Of a stretch of 64,000 nucleotides of DNA, positions 40,701 through 50,125 are shown one piece after another. The notes below the pieces were generated by a model that ran no database searches, was not told the origin of the DNA, and was given only the letters and a program-made list of their open reading frames with translations. Location of the stretch: the IMG/VR virus record IMGVR_UViG_3300044639_001298, positions 7,742 through 71,741 of that record; one strand, 5' to 3'. This DNA comes from a virus. A program made the position numbers and the translations under genes. How positions within the stretch are numbered: the first letter of the stretch is position 1; every line of letters begins with the position of its first letter.

Positions 40701-41719
40701 TTTTCTGAGAAGTCTTCTAAATCATTTAACTTTGTAAAGTCTGTCTTTGCCTTTAAATCATTTTGAAAATCCGTTGTAAATTTTTCAACCTTATATTTAA
40801 ATTCTTCCAAGGAATATCTCGGAAAGTTTGGTGGTATTAATCCCTTTCTTTCATATATGTCATATACCTCATTTAACTTTTGTCTTCCTTTATATGTGTT
40901 AAAAAAACTTTTATTCCCATTAGGTTCTGTAACCGTTATTTGAGTGTTATACATCTTAGGAGCATTTACCGCGTAAGACAAAGGGGTATCAAAAAGTAAT
41001 GCTGTAAACTTACCAACAAGTTTTAATGAAATATTGTAATTACCTGTGTCAGCATCGAAAGTGGCATTAAAAGACATTAAAGAAAGTCTATATCTAATTG
41101 CTTTACCATAATAACCTTTAAGTGTTAAATAAAACAATGGATAAGGGAAATTAAAAAAAGCAGAATATAAAGAATTTTCTCCTTGTTCGAATAAAGACCT
41201 TCCTTGTATATCAACCATTTCAATATTGACTTCAGGAACACCTGACGCCTTTATTGCCACTCTAATTGATTTAATCCCTAAAAGTTGTGTATCTTCGTAG
41301 TTCCTTACTGAACGTCTAAATACTTGTCTACCGTCTACAGAAGCAACTCGTTCTGCGCTTTGATTAATACCTAAACCATCTCTTGAACCCTCACCCGTTA
41401 ATTGTTTTGACCAACTTGTATCAAATTCAGTTTTACCTTTCGGTTTTAAGAAATTAACTTTCAAAGCATCATCACCACCAAAAAGAGTTGCAATACTTGT
41501 TGTATTTTCTATAGTCGGAAAACCTTCTCCGATTGCTAATTTTGTTCTCGGGATTATAAAAGTTTCTAAATTAGCATAATAGACCAATTCTTCGTGGTCA
41601 ACAAGACGTTCCTGTTTCTTTCCATCTGAATTATAAACTTCATTTGGGTTTACAACTACGATGTTATCATAATCAGTTTCAATATAAATTTTTTTATTTT
41701 GTTTTTGTCTAGCGGCCAT
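34730..41719 (-). CDS. Very large baseplate hub protein (gp27 / P2 gpD-like termini with long insertions)
   Basis: N-terminal LGIKSI.V......V.I..VD..G and C-terminal C.V..MGNAMIQP...GPYWITEVNH.I...F.T.F.G.R hub motifs; follows the LysM/gp53-like gene. Confidence 0.7.
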   Translation of the reverse strand: MAARQKQNKKIYIETDYDNIVVVNPNEVYNSDGKKQERLVDHEELVYYANLETFIIPRTKLAIGEGFPTIENTTSIATLFGGDDALKVNFLKPKGKTEFDTSWSKQLTGEGSRDGLGINQSAERVASVDGRQVFRRSVRNYEDTQLLGIKSIRVAIKASGVPEVNIEMVDIQGRSLFEQGENSLYSAFFNFPYPLFYLTLKGYYGKAIRYRLSLMSFNATFDADTGNYNISLKLVGKFTALLFDTPLSYAVNAPKMYNTQITVTEPNGNKSFFNTYKGRQKLNEVYDIYERKGLIPPNFPRYSLEEFKYKVEKFTTDFQNDLKAKTDFTKLNDLEDFSENLKKLNKEVYEYAINNVVDRNSFYVQGDEVYYPFKKELTFQSREDFKTKISERINAYVANLKNNATFGENKNAEYQINVTIKGIKDILRKLDFNTWSSNKQDVTNTYFYRNNRPLDSNINPGEYEKFIKDEARIALLDTKVKNEKGEWVEELPDYLVFGDKIVADGTYSRNSYLDKLDVMFTSLSAKQKIIEDELTQYYIGKQLSNPLEGGLGFKPTIRNVFAIILAGADAFYRLMDENHEEAWNVRTDKNRLLAVIPSDKNFSVDALKSIQTSSTNLNSDNVVYPWPLYFTLEKQDNGSDLYTIQYPGDAKYIRQTRAYDYRVWPEVGFVEAFIKATLEKSKPEVRYSYDNPKDVTKYVSCNAIEFPFKTAPYQDLDAIKTFYEIFERTYIASHYGNLPSDIASSKQIDQFYGDIESLNISLVAPSDITINQTLKKSAFNLTKLVDYMKTISNNGQGQSWQTYIRDYFNTDYLKTLLANVNEIYSIDTLAGASIQVSADLPLAPNMKEFLEDSATSKQKKLDVYPFTNLTWLKKYMSNGESIGSYEDYNNTTRSYIFLDDKKTIARINATEKYQNLKLFTSNAVFQNNTQPLLVDPSSDDPIDSALSLKEYYSRRRYEDLFLTESFINYGNSYSGNLGTFIQTTSLMNTPYFVNAILDGVQKQKNNEENPYVALGYMYLNSLPLITTKEKIKDVTNNVVTDLDYLAATFNKFSSIHQVPYAWVLKYGSIWHRYKTYIEKNIDILEDTWKDFDYVFSYDPTTGSSSTKYTILDYSGNPTTISLQNVELYTSAFNVFNLKETYDTGFYPKVINSIEYYLNGKDLITGYTPTDFSKLYNEQGLKIGFNPTNEVYYFPQGYDASNPNKELLKRNLFTYRKYKKNNVDSEPSTIIIYPSMGGIPFDQAIYECFNPQKKITESLYNNNSMYNGTVRSVWGMSQFGYFNNKLIKKPLPTEYLKIIKTDTDKQNVFDITNTESTYSMIDEIFSVFDVALLDKMEEKFLTFCNYKPLADELKLNDENITPNYLQTNGLTNANLKLLKNQIQNLFSYQTIFFQQINETIDTQTLMNDQISNLYTNLREFLNFDCVLKIGNPTNFDRKLFDSLSTLSNMQTEDKLTFGKYASGSLPGDGTLTTLLQSTTSLPQSWSTLHKYLGFSLIPGVDYENQVDNTFPSVPNPTSATTSATTATTTNANSEVQLQYIGSSYNIITSPTNDSEYIHIEKTTSGYDVFKIIGEPDKSKISQRLQSISFFQPNSNVQDSSNIVQSEFTMSIQTKYQYVAKIIQAQPGKYQMVVTYAPNLPTSPETLLLIADVSTSPNFSSTTPQINNVSITPQALANTQKCLVSDFFIQNNIAFNPQNIRTLYPIIRIYVEQKLKDPTFNKNKLITYINDFLTDRYELQDKMVNQTFTKLNKILKNIEVDYGLPTTPLNGDTTKLALYNTLKGFNDKWISGSDLKNVTLFEDFLFMDRSNSDLGNTYNVDLNKVVQRMALDTKQDQSLMSLISSILEDNYFIFMAMPAYINFYGIQKASKEGQTLEDSEIGNSLFGTYLEVDYTQSNPKFLCLYVGNPSEYPKPKENTFNRFGDDSFDLRVPDNPLRVSDPNRNYSLSNRVVGFAVDFGIRNQNIFKGLNLDMSEMKNTSESFKVFADMGSSVSGDKVAQQSQSLYSVYKSRSYQCTVSSMGNAMIQPTMYYILRHVPMFYGPYWITEVNHNISTSGFDTEFKGTRIPKYALPKIDNLMSSVNKTVLAELKNLLGVTKTPKTQEVIAAEKLLSANPTLQTLNGAENVCLSGVPTVYASIPFEPLIQTPFTKDEIIPLFNSVSTNKIMKALLWGIAQNLPSTTNNNGVLNCINNNPFEINTNTIYGGNLATLIKKQSCVQISNDNVRLVKFDTLTESIQFMDSYMTNKINLIPKLVTLNPNNNSDKSYGAALFQLAYTTWYTSSAFGNPSAVPPVPPLNETQIRDKTKASFITADYNALVESFTQAWQQFK

Positions 41720-42026
41720 AATAAAATATATAGGTATCTAATGCAGATTTGTAGTCTTGTAATGCCGCAGTTAAAGGATAAGGTATAATTAAAATAGTAC
41801 CATCAGGTATATTTTGTTCTAATCCACCAAAAGATGCATTTGCAGCCAGTATCAACCAACCAAAATATGGTGTACCATACTTTTCAAAACTAATTTTATC
41901 CAATCTACTTCTACCTGTTCGATAAAGATATTGTTGGTCTGTAACTCTCGAAGGTATAGATAAAAAAGGTACTACGGTTTGTTGTCCGTTTATTAAAAAA
42001 TCTTTGTATCTATTATAATAGTCCAT
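41709..42026 (-). CDS. LysM-like baseplate protein (T4 gp53 / P2 gpX-like)
   Basis: RLDKIS...YG.P..GWLIL.AN.......IP.G..L.IP. Confidence 0.85.
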   Translation of the reverse strand: MDYYNRYKDFLINGQQTVVPFLSIPSRVTDQQYLYRTGRSRLDKISFEKYGTPYFGWLILAANASFGGLEQNIPDGTILIIPYPLTAALQDYKSALDTYIFYYGR

Positions 42027-45000
42027 TACTTAAATGATTTTTGTAAGTTAAATTTATCCCCTTTTGGACTTTTATTAGAATAAATAATTTTTAAGTCTTC
42101 GATGGTTTTTTCTGTTGGTGTTAATTGTGATTCGTACCACATTTTTCTTACTTTACCCTTAAGTGAAGTCTTGTAAGTATTAAATAATGGATTATAAAAA
42201 GTTGCCCTATAATCGGATATTTTTTTGTCAACCGTTGTTTTTGAGGATTTGTATATATCAACAAGACCATTACTTCCTGTAAGTGTAGTCATGAGCCAAG
42301 TCATCCAATTAGTTTTTGATTCATCACTAATATCAGGTATTGCGTTTAATATTAAGTTTTCAGCAAACTTATTTGGGTCGTCTATAATTTCTTTTCCAAA
42401 CAACATAAAATATACAACCTTATTTGGTGGTTGTGGTGTACTAAAATACATATCCTGTGTATAGTTTTCACTATAATCATAGTCACCTGTTGGTATCAAA
42501 CTAAACTCTATTAACTTTTGATTCACGTCATTCAAATCGTTTTTGATTAAAAGTGAATCTTCAATCAATTCTTGTAAAGTATTATTCACACCTGTTAGTG
42601 TTGGTTGAGTTACTTCTGTTGTACCAGATAAATTATAAATGATTGTTGAATTATTTTTCTTTATAAACCCATCATTACTGTTAGATACATAATTTATTTT
42701 ATCAATCAAATTGATGTAATTCAATTCTGTATTTGTTATCTCGTTTGAATAGTTTTGTAGTGAATTCAACATTTTATCTTTTTTAGAATCAATGTCTTTT
42801 TTAATTTGTCTTTTAACTTTTCTTATTTCTACATCAGATAAATTCTCATTACCAATACCGACAAGTAGTGGAGTTATTCCATTATCAACATCAGTTTTAG
42901 CCTTTGTAGCTAAATTGTCCATTTTTGTTTGAATCTTGTCTGAGTAACCAAAAATAGTTGCAGTATCCGTCATATTACCACCTAAATAATTAAAGTTACC
43001 CTCAGTATATTTTCTATCTTTAGTAAAGATTTGTAACCCACCAAATAAAAATTCTTCATTAATTTTTTCTAAAGTTGTTGTTACCTTATCTGCATAATTT
43101 TTTGTACCGTCTACTAAATTACTAAAAATATCTTTATATTCAATTGTACCTGTAGTAACGGATGTATCTATGTTTAATACATTTGTTAAAGTTTTACCGA
43201 TAGTAACACCTCCATTATTTATTTCAGGTCTTGGAGCTGAGGTGTCTACGACACCTACTTGTTCTTCTACTTGGTCTAAAATCTGTCTATCGTATGTTTC
43301 TAATTGGTCTAAAGTTTCTGTGGATTCAGCACGTTCGTCATACATTTCAGTATTAGCATAGTAATTAAATGATAATGCATTTTGTAACTTAGCAACAGGT
43401 CCTGCTAAACCATGAGCACCAATGAAACTAAAAGATATACTTACTGTTGCTATCATAGGTTGGATACCGATACCTTCAGGATTCAAATCAAATTTACCGT
43501 CATCATATTTTAATGATATTTGGTCGATTGCTATTTTAGTATTGAAAAAGTCACCAATTCTAAGAACACAGATAGGAGGTGCCCCAAACGCACTATTTGA
43601 AACATCATTATATATTAATTGTTCTTGTCCTTGACCTGTTGTAGAAACGGTAGGTATTGTATCACCAGGTCTCATACATTGTTGTAGGAAAACCAGTCTG
43701 GAATTTAATCCTTCAGGTGTAATAGAGTGGAAAGCGGGTTGAAAATATTTTATTTTGGATTTTATTCCGTCATAAATCATAGGATTTGTTCTTTCCAAAT
43801 ATTCAAAATAGTTACATTCTGTTAATAATTTTCTAGCCAAACGTTTAGTTAAGTCTTTATATGTTTGTCTTTCTTGTCTATTTACCACTTGTTCTCTAGT
43901 GTTTGGTGGTGTTACAGTATTAGGGTCTGAATCAGGTTGTTGATTAACAAAAGGGTTTGTGGACGTATTTGGTTGTTGTGAAGTGGTGGTGGTTGGTGTT
44001 ATATTACTCTGACCAATAATAGTAAAGTCTTGACCTGCGGTCTCTTGATTAACTTGTGTATTACTTGGTTGTTGTTCACCATTTTCATTTTCTGAATTAT
44101 TTTTTGTTACTTCAACATTAAATATTTTAGTTCTTCTACATGCCATGGCGTTTACTGAAACGGTACCCTCAGCACTATTAGTCTTAAATGGTTTATTACA
44201 GTTAATTGATTTATAATATAAATCATCAATAATTGCATCTTCACCTGATGGTGTTGCAGATGTGATAACTAATTTTCCTTGTTCTATAAATTTATCAAAT
44301 TTAACACCATCATAAGATTGTTTTTTAACCCATTTAATAACCGAGTCTAATCTTCTTTTTGAAAGGTGTAAATTATAACTATTATCACTTACCGCAGATG
44401 CACTAGACCCTAAACTAAATTTAATTGTATTTCCGTCGGCCATTAATGGACCTATAGTCTCGATGAACTTTTTAGCTTCATCAAATTCAGATTTGACGAA
44501 TTTGAAAAATTCAGAAATCTCACTTTTTCTTGTATCAATAAAACTATCAAGATATTTGTCTTGTGCCGCCTTATCTAAACCTAAAACAAAATTTGTAACA
44601 TCTGTTTTTTGTGCATCACCATATTGTATAATTTTATCTAATGCTTTTTGATATTCTTGGTTTTCGCAACCACCATTTAAGTAACAACTTTCAGAATTAA
44701 TATATTTGTTATACCATAATTCAAAATCTTCGTTGTCCCCCACAGTATCCACTCTAGTATTTTTACCTATTGGATAATCGTTATCAAAGTAAAAACCAAT
44801 ATCAGGGAATGAAATATTTGTGGGTTTTGGTGTTTCATTAGGTGTTGTTTGTGTCTGTCCGCTAGCAGGATTAAGTTCACAATCTTGTCCTGTTGGTGTT
44901 ACAATATTTGATGGGTCGGGGGTTACTATATTTGGTGTGGTTCCTCGTTTAACACATATATCCCCCTTGTCACCAGCACTTAAAGTTAATATTTGTTGGT

Positions 45001-48000
45001 TACCACTACAAGCGGTATACTCCAAATTGGTATTTAAACCAATTTCATAATGAAATACAACACAATCTGAAGCCCTTGGAGTTGTTTCAGTTTGACCTCC
45101 GATATCTATATTTTGTTGAACTGTGGTATAACTATTTTGTTCTACAACCGTTACTAAATCTTCTTGTGTAAGAATTTGAGCTTGGAATATATCACTTGGT
45201 GTAAAATTAGGAAACTTAGATACTAAATCCCATAAATCATATTTAGTACATCCAGCAAAAAATGAATCAATAATTTGAGTTATTTCGTTACTATCACTGA
45301 TATCTTTCAATTCCTCATCAACCAATAAGTTTAGTATTGATGGGTGGTCAACTATTATCTTAAAGGATACGTTACCCTTTCTTGATGTATTAGTATATGT
45401 ATATATTGGTTCTGTACGACCTAAAAAGTTATTATCTTGCCATTGAGTTGATATACTTTCATCAAATGATAACTCATAAGGGGGGAACCACATAATTCTA
45501 CCTCCATTTGGTCCTTTTTCACATGCCGGTAAATCATCATAAGTGTAACCTTTTTTATTTGAACTACCCCAAGCTAAGTTCTCAAGAGAGAACATATATT
45601 TTTTAACCCTTCCATCTCTCAAACTACTACCTTCAACAGGTGCAATATTTAAGTTATACGTACTATCTAATACTGATGAAGTAAACTTTCTAATATTACC
45701 ATCCGTTTTTTGTAACTCATCAAATGTATAATATGGTCTATCTTTTGTGAAAACTCTACAATATTCTAAACCTTGGACTTGTCCTCCACCTGTTGAGTTT
45801 TTAGTTGTCCATCTTAATGTTTTAGAACCCTTAGTAATTTCTTGGTACCCATCATTGAATACTTTGGTAATTTGATTAATTGCATTACCTACGTGTTCTT
45901 TTGGGTTTTGAACGGACTTTCTTTGTCCCGCATCTATTAACTTTTGTGTTACATCTAAGATTGAACCTGGTGTAAAATTGTATCTTGTGGACTCACTTTT
46001 TCCAAAGTCAGTAAGTTGTCCAAACTTAAATTCACTAGTGTCTTCAAATTGTTCACCACCTCTCCCCTGTAATGCGCCGGGTTTAGGGTTATTTACATCA
46101 TTTGATTCCTTATTTCCAATCCATGTAAACCCACCAAATACACTACTACCTATAAGTATACACCCATCTTTTGTGCTACCAGCACTATAAAAGTTTCTAC
46201 TGTTTATACCAAATAGTGTACCATCAAGTTGGTCCGTCTCATAAAGTTTACCCATATTTGAATAAGATTGTACAGGTCCAATAGATGAACCAGTTCTATC
46301 TTTATTTTGAGGTAGTTCTGCGGCAGGTGATAATAATTCTGCAAGATGATTTTTTCTTTCACCAATATAAAATACACCTTTTGGTGCAGTTAGGTTAGTA
46401 CCGATTTTATAATTTGGTCTATACTGATTGTATTTTAATTGGTCATATAATAATTTTCTAGTAGGAATTGATGTATATTCTAACATCAACTCAGAAGATG
46501 ATTGATTTGCTCCTTGTAATGCACTGAATAAAGAACCAATAGCACCTCCTATTAAAGATAAAGGATTTACAAAAGGTCCGTTAATTATACGGTCAGGATA
46601 ATCAAAATACTCACCAGGTATATAAGAATAAGGTGAATATAATCCCGCTAACTTAGCTGCAAAATTAATTCCCTGACCAAATAAGAAGTCAGGTGTTGTA
46701 ATATTATAAACTCTTGATACGATAGGAATGTTCCCCGTAAGTAATCCAATCGCATCAAAAGGGTCTGTGTTTGGTTTTGCGGAAATTTCACCCGTAACTG
46801 GGTCTACGTTTGAATTAAATATATTTACTTGACCTAATGTTTGTTGGTAAAGTTCTAAAGCTACTCTGTGTTTAAATTCTTTGTTCAAACTTTTAGCACC
46901 AATCATTGCTAAATCAGAATCCTCAGACAAAGAACCCTCAGAACCTGACGGGTCATCCTCTAATAAAATACTATAAGGAGTGTAAGTTGATGGTAAAAAT
47001 ATAAACGTATTATCAGAATTAGCGTATGGTAATTGTAATGCCGCTAATTGAAATGTTTTAAAATCTGTAGGGTCATAAAATCCTTCTCCGGTTGCATATC
47101 TATTAGATAGATACGCTTCAGTTTCTTTAACACCACCCACTAATTCTAATAAAGAACCGTCCGAATCAGTAACATCATAGTTACCTTGTGGTATTGTTAG
47201 ACTTTTTAATTTTCTATAAGGCTCAACTTCGGTTTCACTTTGACCTTGTTCAGGTCCCCATTGATTTTGTAAAAAATTTGGTTTTCTTGTGTCTTGACCT
47301 ACAATTTGTAATTCACTATCTACAGTATCAGGATAACCATACTCACCTTCGTTTGAATTTGTTTGTAAATTGTTGTTTATTGATACTTCAGTTGTTGGTA
47401 AATTTTCAGGTCCGTATTGATTTATAGCAATTAATACCGGTCTATCGGTTTCACCCTTTATTTCTAATGGACTATCAATCGTATCAGGAAAACCATATTC
47501 ACCTTCATTAGCGTTAGTTTGAAAATTATTATTTATTGAAACTTCAACATTTGATAATGTTTGTGGTCCATATTGATTATTAGTAATTAATGTTGGTCTA
47601 TCTGCGTTTGCTGTAGTTTCTAAACTACTTCCGACTGTGTCTTGTACTGTATATTCACCTTCACCGATAGTTGTGATTACTTTATCATTGTTTATGTACC
47701 ATGCGGTAGAACCAAAATCAGATAATCCGTTTTCAGGTCTATAAACATTTTTTATAATAATTTGTTTTTCAGTATTATTACCGATAGTTTCTAAATCACT
47801 TCCAATAGTATCAGGATAACCATATTCACCTTCGTTTGTCTTATAATTTTGGTTATCATTTATTGTTACAGTATTACCATAATCTTTATTTGGTTTTTGT
47901 GGTCCGTATTGATTTATGGGTAATAATAATTTTTCTTGTTTGTCTCCAATTTGTTCAACGCTAGGTGAGTCTACAGTGCTGAAGTCATTAAAAGTAAATT

Positions 48001-48121
48001 CTGACGAACCAGGTTTACTTTCATTAGAAAAAGCATTATCAACTTTATATGGTGGAAGATTTCGCACCAAAAGCTTTTTTCTAAAATTTTCACTTGAATT
48101 AAATGATAGTGGACTCTCCAT
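42026..48121 (-). CDS. Large tail-tube-initiator-like protein with N-terminal repeats and an inserted OmpA-like domain
   Basis: FPPY..SF.E.....W....FLGR.EPIYTY....R...VSF and PPI.VLRIGD......I..I...Y....P....VSISF halves; N..LSKRR..SV motif between them; canonical slot between tape measure and LysM genes. Confidence 0.65.
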   Translation of the reverse strand: MESPLSFNSSENFRKKLLVRNLPPYKVDNAFSNESKPGSSEFTFNDFSTVDSPSVEQIGDKQEKLLLPINQYGPQKPNKDYGNTVTINDNQNYKTNEGEYGYPDTIGSDLETIGNNTEKQIIIKNVYRPENGLSDFGSTAWYINNDKVITTIGEGEYTVQDTVGSSLETTANADRPTLITNNQYGPQTLSNVEVSINNNFQTNANEGEYGFPDTIDSPLEIKGETDRPVLIAINQYGPENLPTTEVSINNNLQTNSNEGEYGYPDTVDSELQIVGQDTRKPNFLQNQWGPEQGQSETEVEPYRKLKSLTIPQGNYDVTDSDGSLLELVGGVKETEAYLSNRYATGEGFYDPTDFKTFQLAALQLPYANSDNTFIFLPSTYTPYSILLEDDPSGSEGSLSEDSDLAMIGAKSLNKEFKHRVALELYQQTLGQVNIFNSNVDPVTGEISAKPNTDPFDAIGLLTGNIPIVSRVYNITTPDFLFGQGINFAAKLAGLYSPYSYIPGEYFDYPDRIINGPFVNPLSLIGGAIGSLFSALQGANQSSSELMLEYTSIPTRKLLYDQLKYNQYRPNYKIGTNLTAPKGVFYIGERKNHLAELLSPAAELPQNKDRTGSSIGPVQSYSNMGKLYETDQLDGTLFGINSRNFYSAGSTKDGCILIGSSVFGGFTWIGNKESNDVNNPKPGALQGRGGEQFEDTSEFKFGQLTDFGKSESTRYNFTPGSILDVTQKLIDAGQRKSVQNPKEHVGNAINQITKVFNDGYQEITKGSKTLRWTTKNSTGGGQVQGLEYCRVFTKDRPYYTFDELQKTDGNIRKFTSSVLDSTYNLNIAPVEGSSLRDGRVKKYMFSLENLAWGSSNKKGYTYDDLPACEKGPNGGRIMWFPPYELSFDESISTQWQDNNFLGRTEPIYTYTNTSRKGNVSFKIIVDHPSILNLLVDEELKDISDSNEITQIIDSFFAGCTKYDLWDLVSKFPNFTPSDIFQAQILTQEDLVTVVEQNSYTTVQQNIDIGGQTETTPRASDCVVFHYEIGLNTNLEYTACSGNQQILTLSAGDKGDICVKRGTTPNIVTPDPSNIVTPTGQDCELNPASGQTQTTPNETPKPTNISFPDIGFYFDNDYPIGKNTRVDTVGDNEDFELWYNKYINSESCYLNGGCENQEYQKALDKIIQYGDAQKTDVTNFVLGLDKAAQDKYLDSFIDTRKSEISEFFKFVKSEFDEAKKFIETIGPLMADGNTIKFSLGSSASAVSDNSYNLHLSKRRLDSVIKWVKKQSYDGVKFDKFIEQGKLVITSATPSGEDAIIDDLYYKSINCNKPFKTNSAEGTVSVNAMACRRTKIFNVEVTKNNSENENGEQQPSNTQVNQETAGQDFTIIGQSNITPTTTTSQQPNTSTNPFVNQQPDSDPNTVTPPNTREQVVNRQERQTYKDLTKRLARKLLTECNYFEYLERTNPMIYDGIKSKIKYFQPAFHSITPEGLNSRLVFLQQCMRPGDTIPTVSTTGQGQEQLIYNDVSNSAFGAPPICVLRIGDFFNTKIAIDQISLKYDDGKFDLNPEGIGIQPMIATVSISFSFIGAHGLAGPVAKLQNALSFNYYANTEMYDERAESTETLDQLETYDRQILDQVEEQVGVVDTSAPRPEINNGGVTIGKTLTNVLNIDTSVTTGTIEYKDIFSNLVDGTKNYADKVTTTLEKINEEFLFGGLQIFTKDRKYTEGNFNYLGGNMTDTATIFGYSDKIQTKMDNLATKAKTDVDNGITPLLVGIGNENLSDVEIRKVKRQIKKDIDSKKDKMLNSLQNYSNEITNTELNYINLIDKINYVSNSNDGFIKKNNSTIIYNLSGTTEVTQPTLTGVNNTLQELIEDSLLIKNDLNDVNQKLIEFSLIPTGDYDYSENYTQDMYFSTPQPPNKVVYFMLFGKEIIDDPNKFAENLILNAIPDISDESKTNWMTWLMTTLTGSNGLVDIYKSSKTTVDKKISDYRATFYNPLFNTYKTSLKGKVRKMWYESQLTPTEKTIEDLKIIYSNKSPKGDKFNLQKSFK

Positions 48122-48159
48122 TCAGTCTTTTTATGATAAATAGATTGTTTTATATTTTT

Positions 48160-49968
48160 TTAGGAAATAACACCTTGTTGTCTTTTATACTGGTTTAATT
48201 TGTATAAAACTGTGTCCATAATTTCTTTTTGTACCTCGGGTTTTTTAAACATGTTAGTAATAAGATTATTGTCACCACTAATACTACCATTCAAGTTTAT
48301 ATTAATGTCAATACTTCCTCCAACATTTCCACCTACGTTTGATAATGCACTTCCTAAGTTGGTTCCAACAGCAACTTCATCACCGACAATTCCTTGATAT
48401 ATTTTACCTTTGGATAGAATCGTAGGGGCGGTGCCACTGTTTGGAAAAAACGCATCATTTATCGTACTAATATTTTCAAGAGACCTTTTTAACCCTTCAG
48501 TTCCCGTTTCTAAGGTTGTAGCACCAGCCGTTGCAACACCTTTTTCTAGTCTAGTACCTTCTGTTAATTCTTTTTGTGATAATGTCGATACATCACTAGT
48601 CAATTTTTTATAGGCATCCGCGGTTATTTTGTTTGTTTCTTCTATGTCTTTTATTAATTTTTCTTGTTCCTTATCACTCAAACTTAAAACAATTGCTTTT
48701 TCTATTTGTTGTAATGAGGATAATTGTTTTTCTTCAAGATTCATTTGACTGATTGCAATTTCTTCAGCTGTTTTTTTGGAATCAATTTCGTACTTATCGA
48801 GTGCGTCTTTAAAGTTTTGGTCTTTCATTAATTCAGTCAAGTCTTTTGTTCCTTCATCAAAACCAGGAATATCAACCCTGACTTTACCATCTTTATCAAT
48901 TTGGGCTAAACTCGATAAAACTCCTTGTTGTGCTTCATCAAGATTTGATAAATCTACCGATTTACTAATAAAGTCTAATTTTGCCATCTCTCGACCAGAC
49001 TCTAACATGTCGTCCAAATTGGCACCTGTCAGTTCTGCTTGTTGTCTTAATCTATATAAATCTTGTGTTGATGCGTCAAATGTTCCGGTAGCCTTATTAA
49101 ACTTAAATGCTGATGCCGTAGATTTTGCAAGTTCATCTTGAAGACCAGCCATGTCACTTTGAGCCATATATAATAATTGGAACGGGTCTCCTAATTTACC
49201 AATCGCTCCTCCTAACATTTGAAATCCTGCTGCTGCTTCTATCGCACCTTCAGGGTCTAAAATTTTTTGTTGTAAACCTTTAGCTCCGATACTTTCAATT
49301 GAAGTTCTTAACATTGCCGCTTGTTTGGCCATGGTTTTTAATCCTTCTATACCATTTTTGAATCCAAATCCACCGGCCATTTTTAATCCGCCCTGTACCG
49401 CTTTCATATATGCCGCAGTATTAACACCCGCTCTTCTTGCTTCGTCGGCAATACCTCTCATAGTTTGTAATGCCTCCTCTTGAGTACCTCCCATCCTTAC
49501 AAGGTCTGTAACCATTTTTGTTACTTCCTTATTTGTTAAACCAAAAGCCTTTCCTGTTGCAATTATGTCTTTTAAAAACACCGCAGATGGATTTACCATT
49601 CTACCCATACCTTCAGCTAATCCGGCAGCAGCTTCTTGGACATCTTTCATCGAACCTCCGAATTTCAAACTTAGTGATAATGCATCACTTAGAGTTCTTC
49701 TAAATTCACCTGCTCTATCCGACCCCTTTCCCGTAAAGTCGGCAATACCACCCATACTTCGCAAAATATTTTTTGCAGCAGTATCGATACCAACCATTTG
49801 TTTTTGTTGGTTTTGTACAATATCTGTTAATCCTGCAAGACCTTCAGTAACATTTGCAACGTAATCAGAAAATGCGGTTTCCATTCCTTTAAGGAACCCC
49901 GCTTCACCACCAAAAGATTTAAACTTAGATGAACCACCACCTTCTATTTCTGCGTCAAAAAATAACAT
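48160..49968 (-). CDS. Tape measure protein
   Basis: 602-aa Ala/Gly/Met-rich helical protein after the tube and chaperone genes; size close to T4 gp29. Confidence 0.75.
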   Translation of the reverse strand: MLFFDAEIEGGGSSKFKSFGGEAGFLKGMETAFSDYVANVTEGLAGLTDIVQNQQKQMVGIDTAAKNILRSMGGIADFTGKGSDRAGEFRRTLSDALSLSLKFGGSMKDVQEAAAGLAEGMGRMVNPSAVFLKDIIATGKAFGLTNKEVTKMVTDLVRMGGTQEEALQTMRGIADEARRAGVNTAAYMKAVQGGLKMAGGFGFKNGIEGLKTMAKQAAMLRTSIESIGAKGLQQKILDPEGAIEAAAGFQMLGGAIGKLGDPFQLLYMAQSDMAGLQDELAKSTASAFKFNKATGTFDASTQDLYRLRQQAELTGANLDDMLESGREMAKLDFISKSVDLSNLDEAQQGVLSSLAQIDKDGKVRVDIPGFDEGTKDLTELMKDQNFKDALDKYEIDSKKTAEEIAISQMNLEEKQLSSLQQIEKAIVLSLSDKEQEKLIKDIEETNKITADAYKKLTSDVSTLSQKELTEGTRLEKGVATAGATTLETGTEGLKRSLENISTINDAFFPNSGTAPTILSKGKIYQGIVGDEVAVGTNLGSALSNVGGNVGGSIDININLNGSISGDNNLITNMFKKPEVQKEIMDTVLYKLNQYKRQQGVIS

Positions 49969-49995
49969 GTTTTTATTTTATAAATAGAATGGACC

Positions 49996-50115
49996 TTATT
50001 TTTTATACATTTCAACAATTTTAGAAATGAAATATTTTCTTTCAAATGTTGGCATAACTAATAAATCCTTATAGGTAAAATTTAATTCTCTTGAGATTAA
50101 AAAGAATTCATCCAT
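49996..50115 (-). CDS. Tail assembly chaperone extension (GT-like / gp51-like); absent from the ORF track
   Basis: MDEFFLISRELNFTYKDLLVMPTFERKYFISKIVEMYKK; the frame stays open upstream across the end of the chaperone gene. Confidence 0.75.
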   Translation of the reverse strand: MDEFFLISRELNFTYKDLLVMPTFERKYFISKIVEMYKK

Positions 50116-50125
50116 TACATTTTTT

